From Candidatus Latescibacterota bacterium (GTDB taxonomy: Bacteria > Latescibacterota > UBA2968 > UBA8231), in NCBI GenBank assembly GCA_965221775.1, contig CBDCSU010000005.1:512001-576000 (forward strand): a DNA stretch of 64,000 bases. The letters run 5' to 3'. Positions within the stretch are counted from its first letter, which is position 1, and each line of letters opens with the position of its first letter. A program made the translations under genes and the position numbers. The notes beneath the pieces are model-generated. The model was not told the DNA's origin, searched no databases, and worked only from the letters and a program-made list of their open reading frames with translations. Positions 19,220-31,000 of this stretch are shown piece by piece.

Positions 19220-20125
19220 ATGATCGACGTCGAGCTGAAGGCGGACGAGGGCCGGGTCGCGGTGAACGTCGACGGAGGGCTTTTCGTCGAGTACGTGTAC
19301 GGCCACTTCATCTGCCGGCCGTGCTTCTACCCCGTGCTCACGCCCACGGGACAGGCCCTCACGCGGGCCTACCCCTTCGCCGACGTGGAGGGGGAGAACC
19401 AGGACCACTACCACCACCGCAGCATCTACACCGCCCACGGCCTGGTGAACGGCCACAACCTCTGGGACGAGGGCGTCCGCGGCCCCGGCCACGGCTCCAT
19501 GCTGCAGCGGGGGGAGCCGCGGGTGAGCGCCTCCGGGGGCGAGGCCGCCATCGACGGCCTCGTCGACTGGTTCGGGCCGGGCGGTCAGCGCCTGCTGGAG
19601 GAGGAGCGCGGCTTCCGCATCGCCGCCGAGGGGCCGCTGCGCATCCTCGACCAGCGTAGCGTCCTGCGCGCCCGCCACGGCGACGTCACCTTCGGCGACA
19701 CCAAGGAGGGCGGCCTGTTCTCGATCCGCGTGCCCACCTCGATGGACGCCAAGGACCGGGGGCGCATCGAGAACTCGGAGGGAGACGTCTTCGACAGCGG
19801 CCAGGGCGAGGAGACGACCTGGGGAAAGCGCGCCGCCTGGGTCGACTACTCGGGCCCGCTGGCCGACGGCTCCCAGTGGGGCCACACCGTGGCCGACCAC
19901 CGCTCCAACCCCTGGCACCCCACCTACTGGCACGTGCGCGGGTACGGCCTGTTCACGGCCAACCCCTTCGGCCTGCACGACTTCCTGAAGGACGAGAGCG
20001 CCGACGGCAGCTGGACGATCCCCGGCGGCTCCGAGGCGGTCATGCGCTTCCGGCTGATCGTGCACCCGGGGCGGGGGCCCGACGGCCGGGTGATGGAGTT
20101 GGTGGAGGAGTTCCAGGCGGACTGA
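19220..20125 (+). CDS. DUF6807 / 'PmoA-like' (PF14100-type) beta-sandwich protein
   Basis: RPCFYPV, DHYHHRSI, DTKEGG, WGKRAAWVDYSG, WHVRGYGLFTANPFG. Confidence 0.75.
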   Translation: MIDVELKADEGRVAVNVDGGLFVEYVYGHFICRPCFYPVLTPTGQALTRAYPFADVEGENQDHYHHRSIYTAHGLVNGHNLWDEGVRGPGHGSMLQRGEPRVSASGGEAAIDGLVDWFGPGGQRLLEEERGFRIAAEGPLRILDQRSVLRARHGDVTFGDTKEGGLFSIRVPTSMDAKDRGRIENSEGDVFDSGQGEETTWGKRAAWVDYSGPLADGSQWGHTVADHRSNPWHPTYWHVRGYGLFTANPFGLHDFLKDESADGSWTIPGGSEAVMRFRLIVHPGRGPDGRVMELVEEFQAD

Positions 20126-20140
20126 GCCGCCCGCCTTCCC

Positions 20141-21853
20141 TCAGGTCAGGCCCACCACCTCGCCGTCGGCGTCGAGGTCGAGGTTCATGAAGGCCGGCTT
20201 CGACGGCAGCCCCGGCATGCGGCGGATCTCGCCGCACAGGGGCACCAGGAAGCCGGCTCCCGCCGAGAGCACCACGTCCCGCACCGGCAGCATGAAACCG
20301 GAGGGCACGCCCCGCAGCTCCGGGTCGTGCGACAGCGACAGGTGGGTCTTGGCCATGTTCACCGGCAGCGACCCGAAGCCGAGGTCCTCGTAGCGCTCGA
20401 TGGTGCTCTCCGCCTCCGGAGACAGATCGACTCCGCCGGCGCCGTAGATGAGCGCCGCCACGGTCTCGATCTTGTCGCGCAGGGGCGTCTCCTCGCCGTA
20501 GAGGAAGTCGAAGCTCGACCCCGACCGGCAGACATCGACCACGGCTTGCGCCAGCTCCGCCCCTCCGGCCCCGCCGCGGGCCCAGACGTCGCAGACGGCG
20601 GCCTCCGCGGCCCCCAGGCCGGGGGCGGCCTCCAGGACCCGGTCGACCTCGGCGTCGGTGTCCCCGGAGAAACGGTTGAGGGCGACCACGGCCGGCACCC
20701 CGAACTCGCCCACGATGCGGATGTTGGCCGCCAGGTTGTCCAGCCCTTTCTCCAGCCACGCCAGCTCCTCGTCGGCGCCGGACCGCCGCTTCTCGGGAGC
20801 GCCGCCGTGGGACTTGAGGGCCCGCACCGTGGCCACGACGACGGCGCAGTCCGGCCGCAGACCGGAGTAGCGGCACTTGACGTGGCAGAGCTTCTCGAAG
20901 CCGCAGTCGGCGCCGAAGCCGCTCTCGGTGACGAGGTACCCCTCCCCCATCAGGCCGAGGGCGATCTCGTCGGCGACGATGGAGCTGTTGCCGTGGGCGA
21001 TGTTGGCGAAGGGCCCGGCGTGGACCAGGACCGGCGTGTTCTCCAGGCTCTGCAGCAGGTTGGGCATCAGGGCGTCCTTGAGCAGGACCGCCATCGCCCC
21101 GGCCGCGCCCAGGTCCTCGGCGGTCACCGGCCGCCCGGCGCGGTCGAAGGCGGCGACCACCCGCCCCAGGCGGGCGCGCAGGTCCCCCAGGTCCCTAGCC
21201 AGCGCCAGGATCGCCATCACCTCGGAGGCGGCGGTGATGTCGAAGCCGGTGCGGCGGCGCACCCCCTCGCCGCCCTCGCCGACGACGATCTCGCGCAGGG
21301 CGCGGTCCCCGAGGTCGACGACCCGTTTCCAAGCGACCCGCTCCGGGTCGATGTCGAGCCGCTTCAGGCCGCGGCGGCGCAGGCGCCTGCCGCTCAGCCG
21401 CTCCTCGTGGTAGAGGCGCGAGTCGACCGCCGCGGAGAGCAGGTTGTGGGCCGCGGTGACGGCGTGGATGTCGCCGGTCAGGTGCAGGTTCATCTCGTCC
21501 ATGGGGATGACCTGGGCGCGGCCGCCGCCGGCGGCTCCCCCCTTGATGCCGAAGGTCGGCCCCATGGAAGGCTGGCGGATCGTGGCGATCGAGGTATGGC
21601 CGAGGGCGTTGAGGGCCTGGCTGAGGCCGATGGTCGTCGTCGTCTTGCCCTCGCCGTAGCGGGTGGGGGTCATGGCGGTGACGACGACGTATTTCGCCTG
21701 CCCGCCGCGGTTCCCCCGGTCGGCGGCATCGAGGTGGATCTTGGCCTTGTAGCGGCCGTACAGGTCGATGTCGCCGTCCGACAGCCCCAGCTTCGAGGCG
21801 ATGCCGGCGGCCGGCTCGGGGGTCGCCGCACGGGCGATGTCGAGATCGCTCAC
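20141..21853 (-). CDS. fhs: Formate--tetrahydrofolate ligase
   Basis: SDLDIA, TPTRYGEGKTTT, GIKGGAAGGG, LHLTGDIHA, HAGPFANIAHG, TESGFGAD, MPGLP. Confidence 0.97.
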   Translation of the reverse strand: MSDLDIARAATPEPAAGIASKLGLSDGDIDLYGRYKAKIHLDAADRGNRGGQAKYVVVTAMTPTRYGEGKTTTTIGLSQALNALGHTSIATIRQPSMGPTFGIKGGAAGGGRAQVIPMDEMNLHLTGDIHAVTAAHNLLSAAVDSRLYHEERLSGRRLRRRGLKRLDIDPERVAWKRVVDLGDRALREIVVGEGGEGVRRRTGFDITAASEVMAILALARDLGDLRARLGRVVAAFDRAGRPVTAEDLGAAGAMAVLLKDALMPNLLQSLENTPVLVHAGPFANIAHGNSSIVADEIALGLMGEGYLVTESGFGADCGFEKLCHVKCRYSGLRPDCAVVVATVRALKSHGGAPEKRRSGADEELAWLEKGLDNLAANIRIVGEFGVPAVVALNRFSGDTDAEVDRVLEAAPGLGAAEAAVCDVWARGGAGGAELAQAVVDVCRSGSSFDFLYGEETPLRDKIETVAALIYGAGGVDLSPEAESTIERYEDLGFGSLPVNMAKTHLSLSHDPELRGVPSGFMLPVRDVVLSAGAGFLVPLCGEIRRMPGLPSKPAFMNLDLDADGEVVGLT

Positions 21854-22015
21854 AATGGCCTCCCTGGCAGGCCCGGCGAATATCGCTCGCCCTCCGGAGG
21901 CCCGGCAAATCGCCCCGGCTCCCGGCGGCTCCGGTGCGCCCGGCGGCCCGCTTCCCTTTCTTACACACGGAATCATTCGCCGAGGTCGGCCCCCTTCACC
22001 CATCGGGATCTGCGC

Positions 22016-23020
22016 ATGAAAGCTACCAGGGACCTCATCATCGGCGCCTTCGCCACGGCCCTCCTGGGCTTCGCCTTCGCCAGGATCGAGTTGGTCGAGG
22101 CGCTCCTGGGCATGGGGCGCTACTACCAGAAAACGGAGTTCGGCCCGGCTCTCGCCGCCGTGCCCGCCCTCGCCTTGGTGGTCCTCTGGTTCGCGGGGCA
22201 GCGCTGGCGGGAGGCCTCGCGGCTGACGCGCGAGCTGAATCGCACCCAGGGCCGCCTGCGCCAGGCGCGGGAGAAGGGCCGCTCCCTGGAGGACCAGCTC
22301 GGCGGGACCAGCCGGATGGCCGCCATGGGCGCCCTCACCGGGGGGCTCGCCCACGAGTTCAACAACGTGCTGCAGCCGATCATCACCCTGGCCCAGCTCA
22401 ACCTCGACCAGAACGATTCGCCGGAGGAGCGCCGAATGCGGGTCCGGCATATCCTGAAGGCCGCCGAGCACGGCACCCAGATCGTCCGGGGCACCCTCGC
22501 CTTTCCCGCCGGCGGCACCCTGGAGACCGAGGAGTTGACCGCGGCCCGGGAGCTGGAGGAGATCGCCGACCAGGCCCGGGAGACCTACCGGGGCCGCCTC
22601 CAGGTGGAGGTCCGCATCGCCGAGGAGGCCGGCACCATCCGCGTCAACCCGAGCGAGTTCAGACAGGTCGTGACCAACCTCCTCAAGAACGCGGCCGAGG
22701 CGATGCGGGAGGGCGCCGTCGTCATCGGCCTCGACGCCGTCGACCTCGACGCCCGGGGCGCCGGCTCCCGCGGTCTGACGGCCGGCCCCTATCTGCGCGT
22801 CACCGTGACCGACGATGGGCCCGGAATGGCCCCCGACGCGGTGGCGAAGGTCTTCGAGCCCTTCTACACCACCAAGGAGGCCGGGAAGGGCACGGGCCTG
22901 GGCCTGGCGGTGGTGGACAGCCTGGTCCGGGGATGGAACGGCAGGATCTCGGTGCAGTCCTCCCCCGGCGAGGGAGCGTCCTTCGAGATCCTGATCCCCA
23001 GATCGGAAGGGGAGGACTGA
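22016..23020 (+). CDS. Membrane sensor histidine kinase
   Basis: Two N-terminal TM segments; GGLAHEFNNVL H-box, NLLKNA, DDGPGM, FEPFYTTK, GTGLGL. Confidence 0.93.
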   Translation: MKATRDLIIGAFATALLGFAFARIELVEALLGMGRYYQKTEFGPALAAVPALALVVLWFAGQRWREASRLTRELNRTQGRLRQAREKGRSLEDQLGGTSRMAAMGALTGGLAHEFNNVLQPIITLAQLNLDQNDSPEERRMRVRHILKAAEHGTQIVRGTLAFPAGGTLETEELTAARELEEIADQARETYRGRLQVEVRIAEEAGTIRVNPSEFRQVVTNLLKNAAEAMREGAVVIGLDAVDLDARGAGSRGLTAGPYLRVTVTDDGPGMAPDAVAKVFEPFYTTKEAGKGTGLGLAVVDSLVRGWNGRISVQSSPGEGASFEILIPRSEGED

Positions 23021-23023
23021 GCC

Positions 23024-23422
23024 ATGGCCAAGGTGCTGATCGCCGAGCACGACGAGAGGGTGCTCGACGCCCTGGCCACGCTGCTGCGGAGCGCCGGCCA
23101 CGAGGTCTTCGAGGCCGGTCGCTGCGAAGACGCCCTGGAGACCGTCGCCTCCGAGAGTCCCGATATCCTCCTCACCGACGTGAACATGCCGGGGATGACC
23201 GGCGTCCAGATGATCAAGAGGCTGCGCAAGAGCCACCCCACCATCGGCATCATCGCCATGTCCGGCGGCGGCATGCACCAGAACCCGGAGCTGGCCACGA
23301 CCCTGGCCAGTATCGCCGGCGCCGACCGGGCGCTGGAAAAGCCCTTCAAGAACGAGATCCTGCTCTCGAACGTGCACTCCCTGCTGGCCACGGCCCGGAG
23401 GCCCCGCGCCGGCCGCAGGTAG
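23024..23422 (+). CDS. Single-domain response regulator (receiver)
   Basis: DILLTDVNMPGMTG, IIAMSGG, LEKPF. Confidence 0.92.
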   Translation: MAKVLIAEHDERVLDALATLLRSAGHEVFEAGRCEDALETVASESPDILLTDVNMPGMTGVQMIKRLRKSHPTIGIIAMSGGGMHQNPELATTLASIAGADRALEKPFKNEILLSNVHSLLATARRPRAGRR

Positions 23423-23468
23423 ACGAGACCCGGGCGACCGGGTGGGGCCCATGGGCGGGGAGAGAGTC

Positions 23469-24212
23469 GTGAGTCCATCGGAGAATCAGTACGACGCCAT
23501 CGCCGGGGCCTACCAGGACTCGAAGCGGTTGCCATTTCGCAGATATGTGGAGGCCTACTCCCTGTTCGAGATCCTCGGAGACCTTCGAGGCACGAGAGTC
23601 GTGGACCTGGCCTGCGGCGACGGGTTCTACACTCGCCGGATCAAGAGCGCCGGGGCCCTCGAGGTCATCGGCGTCGATCTCTCGGCGGAGATGGTCAGGC
23701 TCGCCGAAGAGGAGGAGCGCGCCCGCCCCCTCGGGTGCAGGTACCTCCACCGGGATGCGGCGGCGGTGGAGCTGCCCGAACGGGTCGACCTGGTCGTGGC
23801 CGTCTATCTCCTCAACTACGCCAGGACGAGGGAGGAGCTGCTCCGCTTCGTCGAGACGGCTCACGCCTTGCTTCGGCCCGGAGGACGCCTCGTCGGGTTC
23901 AACGACAACGTGCGGAACGTGCCCAGGGGCCGGCTCTCCCTGGCCCGGTACGGGTTGGAGAAGGAGTGCGCCGAATCACCCCGGGAAGGGGACGTGATCC
24001 ACTACAGGATCACCAATGAAGATGGAGAGCGGTTCGAGTTCCGGAACTACTACCTGGAGCCGGAGACCTATGAGCGCTCCTTCCGGGAGGCCGGATTTTC
24101 CGGGTTTCGTTGGGCCGGTCCCTACCTGCACCCCTCTCAGCGCCACGATCCCTTCTGGGAGGACTTCATGTCCAGTCCCCCGGTCATCGGCTTCCGCGCG
24201 GACAGGCCGTGA
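23469..24212 (+). CDS. Class I SAM-dependent methyltransferase (ToxA-like)
   Basis: QYDAI, VVDLACGDG, GVDLSAEM, YLLNYA, LRPGGRL. Confidence 0.88.
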   Translation: MSPSENQYDAIAGAYQDSKRLPFRRYVEAYSLFEILGDLRGTRVVDLACGDGFYTRRIKSAGALEVIGVDLSAEMVRLAEEEERARPLGCRYLHRDAAAVELPERVDLVVAVYLLNYARTREELLRFVETAHALLRPGGRLVGFNDNVRNVPRGRLSLARYGLEKECAESPREGDVIHYRITNEDGERFEFRNYYLEPETYERSFREAGFSGFRWAGPYLHPSQRHDPFWEDFMSSPPVIGFRADRP

Positions 24213-24267
24213 GCGCCGGCCGCCGCGCTGCGGCTCCCACCCGAAAACCTGCAAGAAGGAGGATCCC

Positions 24268-24786
24268 ATGAGACTTCAGATGCCCGGCCTTCACCGCCGT
24301 ACCCGGAGGTTGCCTCTGCTCATTCCCCTGGCCCTGCTCTTCCTGGCCTGCGGCGGCGACGACGCCCCGACCGAGCCGGAGCCCGCCCCGCCGGATGCCG
24401 AGGCGGCCGCCCGGGCGCAGGCGCAGGCGCTCTTCACCAGCCTCGAGCCGGTGGTGGCCAAGGCTCTGGAGCTGATGCTCACCGGGGGCGGCACGATCGA
24501 CGGCGAGCAGGGGACCCTGGCCGTGGCCGGCAGCACGATGACCCTGGAGTCGTTCTCGGCCGACGGCCAGCTCGTCCTCGACGGCGAGCTGGTCCTCGAC
24601 CTTCTCGTCCAGCCCGTCACCTTGAAGGGAGACCTGCAGGCCAGCGGGATCGAGGGCCGGGAAGGTCCGGTGCCCGTCAAGGTGGACGTCACCATCGACA
24701 TTTCCACCGACCCGCGGACCTACGGAGGTACCGTCACCATCGGCGAGGACGTGTACGACCTCGACGAGCTGTTCGCCGAGGAATAG
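24268..24786 (+). CDS. Hypothetical lipoprotein
   Basis: AGGAGG RBS; lipobox FLAC followed by GGDD. Confidence 0.7.
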   Translation: MRLQMPGLHRRTRRLPLLIPLALLFLACGGDDAPTEPEPAPPDAEAAARAQAQALFTSLEPVVAKALELMLTGGGTIDGEQGTLAVAGSTMTLESFSADGQLVLDGELVLDLLVQPVTLKGDLQASGIEGREGPVPVKVDVTIDISTDPRTYGGTVTIGEDVYDLDELFAEE

Positions 24787-24853
24787 GGAAGCTGCCAGGG
24801 GGCGGCCCGGCTCCTCCGAGCCGGCGCCGCCGCCGGAGGGGATGGCGGTGATG

Positions 24854-24882
24854 TTGCCCTCCATTTCGACCGGGGGTACCTT
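24854..24882 (+). promoter_or_regulatory. Sigma-70-type promoter for giant-gene operon
   Basis: TTGCCC-N17-TACCTT about 120 nt upstream of 25005. Confidence 0.4.
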
Positions 24883-25004
24883 CACCCGCTCCATACCCCG
24901 GCGGTCGAGCGCACCTCAGGTGACGCCCGTCGACGACCTCCGGACCTCCGGCGACAAGGCCGCCGACCGGCCTCCAGCAGACCGGGGATGAGACCTCCGC
25001 TACC

Positions 25005-28000
25005 GTGCCCCCACCGCTGAACTCCCAGGGCCTTCCCCTACGGCTCGTCGACCACCCCGGGCCCCGGGGGATCTGCCGCGCCCGGCGGAGCCCCGGGGAG
25101 GTCCTGGCCGACGGGGCCCTGGCCTTCGGCTCCCGCCCCTTCTCCGACACCTCCGTCACCGTCCCCGACGACGCCGGTCCCGAGGCGGCGCTGGCGGCCC
25201 GGCTGTGCGAACGGGCGGCGCGCTTGGTCTCCCGGCGCTTCGAGGGCGACACCCACCTGGCCGGGCTGGCCTCGGGTCTGGCCGGCACCGAGTGGCCGCT
25301 GGCCTTGTGCCGGGGCCACGAGCGCCTCCTCGACTTCGACGGCCGGCGCCTGTGGCTGGCGGCCGACGCCATGGCCGCCCTCGGCATCGGACTCGAGGCC
25401 AAGGACGATCTCAGCGCCGAGGTGCCCGAGCGCCTGCGCGGCTTCGAGCTCCTCCTCGCCCTCGGGCTCTTCGCCCAGCTCGACATCGTCCGCGGCGCCT
25501 CCCTGCGCCGGTCCCTGCGCTGGGTCGTCGACCTCTACCGCCGCCTGGGACGGCCGGACCAGGCCGTGCTCCTGGCCCTGCTCGAAGGCTCCGGAGAGCT
25601 CGACGCCGGCAACCTGTTCTCCTCCTTCCTGCGCCGGGGGAGCCGCGAGGAGACCATCGGCCGCGACCGCTGGATCACCTGGCTCCTCGGCCAGGACCGC
25701 CTCGACCTGCCCTACGACCGCCGGGCGGCGGGGGAGATCCTCGACAGCGACGCCGACGTGGACGACAAGCGCCTGCTCCTCTACGGGGTGCTGCGCGACT
25801 ACGACCGCGACCTGGAGGCGGAGAACATCCGCCGCCTCTCCCGCGAGATCCGGACCGCCGGACAGGAGCTGGTCTTCGGCCGCATGAGCCGCGCCTTCCA
25901 CAACCAAGGGGCGCTCTTCGCCGATGCCGTGCGCCTCACCCCGACGCCGGCCTGGAAGCCTCTGGCCGAAGAGGCCTGGGAGGCCGCCGCCGGAGCCGCG
26001 GCGATGCAGTCTCCGGCCCTGGAGCTGCGCCTGCTGCTGGAGGCGGGCCAGCCGGTCTCCCTGATCCAGATGGAGGGCGCCTGCGAACGCTACGAGGAGG
26101 CCTCCCTCGACGCCCAGCGCGACGACCTGATGCGGGGACTGCACCGGGCCCGGGCCTTGGTGGAGGACCACGGCGACGAGCTGGCCGGCCCCCGGCAGAC
26201 GGCCCTCGACGTCGATTCGGTGAGCCGCCTCGTCCGCCGGCGCCTCGGACTCGTGGAGCGCGTGCGCGAGGAGCTGCTGCGCTCCCCCTCCACCAACGCC
26301 GCCTACGTCGTCATCAGCCAGCGCCCCTCCCCCACCGGTTCCCACCTGCTGGTGAAGATCAACGAGTTCGAGGAGCCCTACCTGGGCAAGGCCGACAACC
26401 TGACGAAGCTGGCGCGCCTGGCCGGCGACCGCCTCTACTCCAGCCCCGACTACCGCTGGCTCGAGGTCGCCGACCACTGGATCGAGGCGATCCCCCTGTT
26501 CATCAAGGAGGAGGTCCTGGTCGACGACGACGGCGTCGAGTCGACGCGCACGGTCATCGACATCGACGGCATGGAGGAGTCCTTCCGCGAGGAGATGGCC
26601 GACCACTGGGCCGCGAACCTGCGCGACGTGGCCGACTCGGAGTACGTCTCCGCGGCCCGTTGGCTCCTGTGCCGGGAGGCCGGTCAGGACCGGGACGAGG
26701 CCGCCGCCCTCGACTGGGCGCGCTCCGCCCCCGGCGACCCCTCCGCCGACATCGCCTGCGCCGCGGCCCTCGTATCCCGCCTCGCCGCAGAGAACGCCGG
26801 CGATCTGCGGCGCCGCATCGAGGCCGAGGAGGAGGAGCCCTTCGAGGCCCTGTGGTCCCTGTTGTCGGCCTGGCGCTCCGAGCCCGCCTCGAGTCTCGCC
26901 GGGACCTTGGCCCGGGCCCGTGAAGAGCCGTGGTCCACCCTCGTCGATCCGGAAGCCGAGGTCGGCGAGTCCCGCGCCCGGTCCTTCCGCCGCAGGGCCC
27001 TCGAGCCCCGCCGGCCCCTGCCGGTGCTGCACGTGCTCACCACCCAGTCGGCGGGCATGACCGACGGCTACATCCGCACCTGGCTCGAGGAGTCGATGGC
27101 CCTGCGCAACGTCGCCGCCGCCCGCGGGCTGGAGGCCGAGGTCGACGAGCGGCGGGCGTTCTACCGCCGGCGGCTGAGCGCCCTCGGCGAGCGGGTGGTC
27201 CGCGAGCTGGGCATCTGGGTCGAGGTGGAGGAAGCCGCCGCCGAGGAGGATCTCGACGAAGGCGCCGCCGTGTCGCGCGTCGTCGGCGGCAACCGCTCGG
27301 TCCAGGAGGAGGTCGCCGTCCTCGGCGCTCTCATCGAGCTGGCCGAGGAACGCGGCGGCGAGCGGGAGCCCGGCGACGTGGCCGACCCGGCGGAGGTGGC
27401 CAGGCTCTGCGAGTCGGGTGACCGGGACCTGGTCCGCCAGGCCCTGGAGCGGGTGGCGGCGCGCAACGGCCGCCAGCTCGAGGAGGAGGTCGAGGCCCTG
27501 AGGTCCGCCGAGCCCGCCCTGTCCCGGCAGGACGCCCTGGTGCGGGTCGTGGAGGGCGACGAGGACTACCGCCAGGACCTGGAGAGCTTCACCCGCTTCC
27601 TGGCCCGCCGCCGCCTGGTGGACGACTGGTCCCGCCAGGCGGGCGTCGACGGCGACGACCGGCGGCGCACCTACCTGCGCCGGTTCTCGCGGCTGGCCGG
27701 GACGACGGCCCGCAAGCAGGTGCTGCTGCGCCACGGTCTCGCCCACCTGACCCTCGACCCGGCCTACCGCTGGGCCGCCGCCGGGGGCGACAAGCGCTAC
27801 CACCTGCTCTACACGCCGAGCCGCGTCGACCTCGGGCACCGGGAGCGGGAGTCGGTGGAGACCTGGTCCCAGTGGGTCGGCGGCGCCGACCGCGCCGCGG
27901 CGCGCGCCGGCAGAGAGATCTACGGGCTGATCAACAAGTCCGTGCGCAGCTACGACAGCCTGGCCGAGCCGGAGATCCTCAAGACCGGCGAGAACGCCAG

Positions 28001-31000
28001 CATGGCCTCGCACTTCGCCTTCTCCAACGCCCTGTCGCTGATGGTCTCGGCCAGCGGCCACGGCGACATCGAGGAGATGGGCGACCAGATGAGCCGCCGC
28101 GGCGACCGCGTCATCCATCCGGCGGGCGAGGGCTACGGCGGCTACTGCGTGCCCAAGGACGGCCTCTTCCTCGAGTTCGTCCTCACCCTCGGCCGCGCCG
28201 AGAAGCTGCGCCAGCTCGGCGTTCCCGCCGAGCACCACGACGGGGTGGCCGGCGCCGCGGCAAGGCTCCTCGGCCGCCGCGGCGAGTTCGCCACGCGCTT
28301 CGAGTGGGAGGCCTGGGCCGCCGGCGCCCTGGGCGGCGTCGACGGCCTCGGCGGGCTGTTCGCCGTCCGCGAGGGAGAGGGGGGGCCGGTTCCGGTCTTC
28401 CAGATCACCCGCCTGGCCGAGGTCCTGGAAGGGCTGGGAGAGCCGGAGCTGCACGACGCCGAACGCGCCACCACGGCGCGGGTGGCGCGCTGGGGCGTGC
28501 ACAAGATGGTCGCCGGCGCCGAGCACGTGAACCGCTTCATGCCCTTCTACAAGGTCTGGCTGACCCGGCGGGCCCTGGCCGACGCCGCCCGCCGCCACCC
28601 CGCCGCGGCGGCCGCCCCGGTGGTGGTGCTCACGGCGGAGTACAAGCCCGACACCCAGGACGGGCGGTTCGCCGCCGGCATGCGCAAGTTCGAGATCCTG
28701 TGCGGCACGGCGGACCACCTGCTCTACGCCCTCGACGCGGAGGGCCAGACCCTGGCGGGCCTGCTGTCCGATGGCTTCGACGGCGTCGACCGCCGCGGGC
28801 GCGCGGATCGGGCCGCTGCCGCCCTCGGCCTCGACCCCGGCGATCCGTCGACGCCGGGAACCCTGCGCGAGCTCTTCCCCGAGCCGCCCCGGCCGGCCGA
28901 GATCCGCGTCGTCTCCCCCACCGGCCTCTCGACCCAGGACCTGCTCGGCTACACCAGCGACACCAGCCTGGAGGCGGTCGCCGAGGGAGCCCATCAGGAG
29001 CTGACCGCCGCCGGCTTCAGCGGCGCCGAGATCGAGGCCAGCCTGGCCACCTACGGGCCGCACCTGGAGCGCTGGGCCTCGGCGGCCGACATCGACGCCG
29101 GCCTCCGCGCCGACCTGTCGCGGCGGCTCTCCGGACGGCTGCACGCCCTGGCCCTGCAGGTCCTCGGTCCCGAGCGCTCCTACGAGCACGCCCTGCAGGG
29201 CGCCGACGTCCTCGACACCGGCATTCCGCACGCGGCCCTGCTGCGGCTTCTCGAGGATCCGGCGGCGGTCTGCCGCCTGATGCTGGAGGGCCGCCCCGAC
29301 AGCGCCCTGGTCATCGTCGACGGCGCCTCCGGGGCCCGCCGGCGCGCTCTGAACCGTCTCGACGTCATGCTCTGGTTCGCCGCCGGAGAGCGCTACGGCC
29401 GCGAGCCGGTCTACGCCGGCATCGGCCTGGGGAACCGCACCGTCGAGGGCTGGCGCCAGGCGATGCGCCGGCAACGGCGCCGCGCCCGGCGACTGGGCGA
29501 GGCCCTGCGCGCCTCCGACGCCGGCGCCGCCGCCGCCGAGTACGCGCAGATCCTGGCCGAGGTGCGCCTCGGCCAGGAGGCGGAGCTGCAGCTGGCCGAG
29601 GTCGACAAGCTGCGCCGCTTCCAACGCCTGCGCCGGCGCGACGAACTGGTGGCCCGGTCCCTCGCCCGCCTCGCCGGGGGGTTGCCCCTGGAGGAGCTCG
29701 GCTTCGCCGACTTCCTCGTCCTCGGCGGCGTCTTCCTCCTCGACGGGGCCCCTGCCGAGGAGATCGACGACTGGCGGCGCGGCCTGGGCCTCGGCCCGGG
29801 GGACCCGGACTCCCGGGAGCTGGAGAGCCTGCTCCTGCACCCGGCCCGGCCCCCGGAGCTGGGAGAGTTCCGCGAGGAGAAAGGTCTGGAGAGCTCGAAC
29901 AAGGCGGCCGAGGACCGTCCCGTCGCCGCCCTCGAGGCGCGCAGCCAGTTGCGGGCCCGCATCCTCCGCGCCCGGGCCCTCCACGAGCGGCACCGCGGCG
30001 CCGAGTCCGTCGACGGCCGGCGCGCTTCCTTCGAAGAGGCCCGGGCCGCGGCCTTCGAGGTCCTGGGCGACGGCCGCGGGACCGTCACCGACGCGGCCTT
30101 CGGCGCCTTCATCGCCCACGCCCGCACCGCCCTCTCCGCCCTCGTGACCGGGCAGTACGACGAGGGACAGGCCGACGAGGCCCAGCGCTTCCACGACAAC
30201 CTTGCACAGCTCTTCCTCGGCCACGAGATCGACCCGGAGGACTGGCGCCGGATCGCCGGCGGCTACGAGGACGTGGGCGACTTCGGACGCCTGGCGCAGG
30301 CCGTGGTCGAGCGCGAGGAGGCCGGCGCCGCCGGTCACGGCCTGCGCCAGGTGGCGGCCGGAGCCGAGCTGTTCTACATCCTCCTGGCGGTGGAGACGAC
30401 CCTGCCCTACACCCGGGAAGGGGCTCCCGCCGACCCCGAGGGACTCTGGCGCGCCCTGGCCGACTTCTTCGCCGAGACCGTAGACGACCACTTCTACGAG
30501 TACCGGCCCTGGGTCTACTCCCGGGGGGTCGGTTTCTCCTCGTACTCGGGCGACTCCCTCTACGAGCTGGCCGTCGAGCACCACCAGTGGCTGGGGCGCT
30601 ACCTGCGCCAAGTCGTGACCCGTCACACCGAGCTGGCCGGCCGGACCTCGGAGGACCAGGACCTGCTTCTGGGCCGCCATGAGGGCGATGCCGCCGTCGA
30701 CCCCATCGGCGTCACCGCCGCCTCCGGGCCGGAGCGGCGCTGGCGGGCCTACGGACAGCTGCGCGAGCTCGCCTTCATGCGCAACGACGGCTTCCCCATC
30801 CCCCCCGTGTTCTCCGAGTTCGATCCCGGCCTGATCGACGCCGACCGGCGAGTCAACCACCTGATCGCCCTGCCCGTGGGCCGCACCCACTACTCGCGGG
30901 CCCTGGTCGAGGGGCCGACCCTGTCCCGGGAGCTGACCGCCGCCGGACGGCCCGGGACCAACCTGATCATCAGCCGCGGCGTCGACTTGGTGGACGATCC

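Noticed and set aside
19220-20125. Particulate methane monooxygenase
   Set aside because: Soluble DUF6807-type sequence with no TM helices and no pmoB/pmoC; the family name is misleading.
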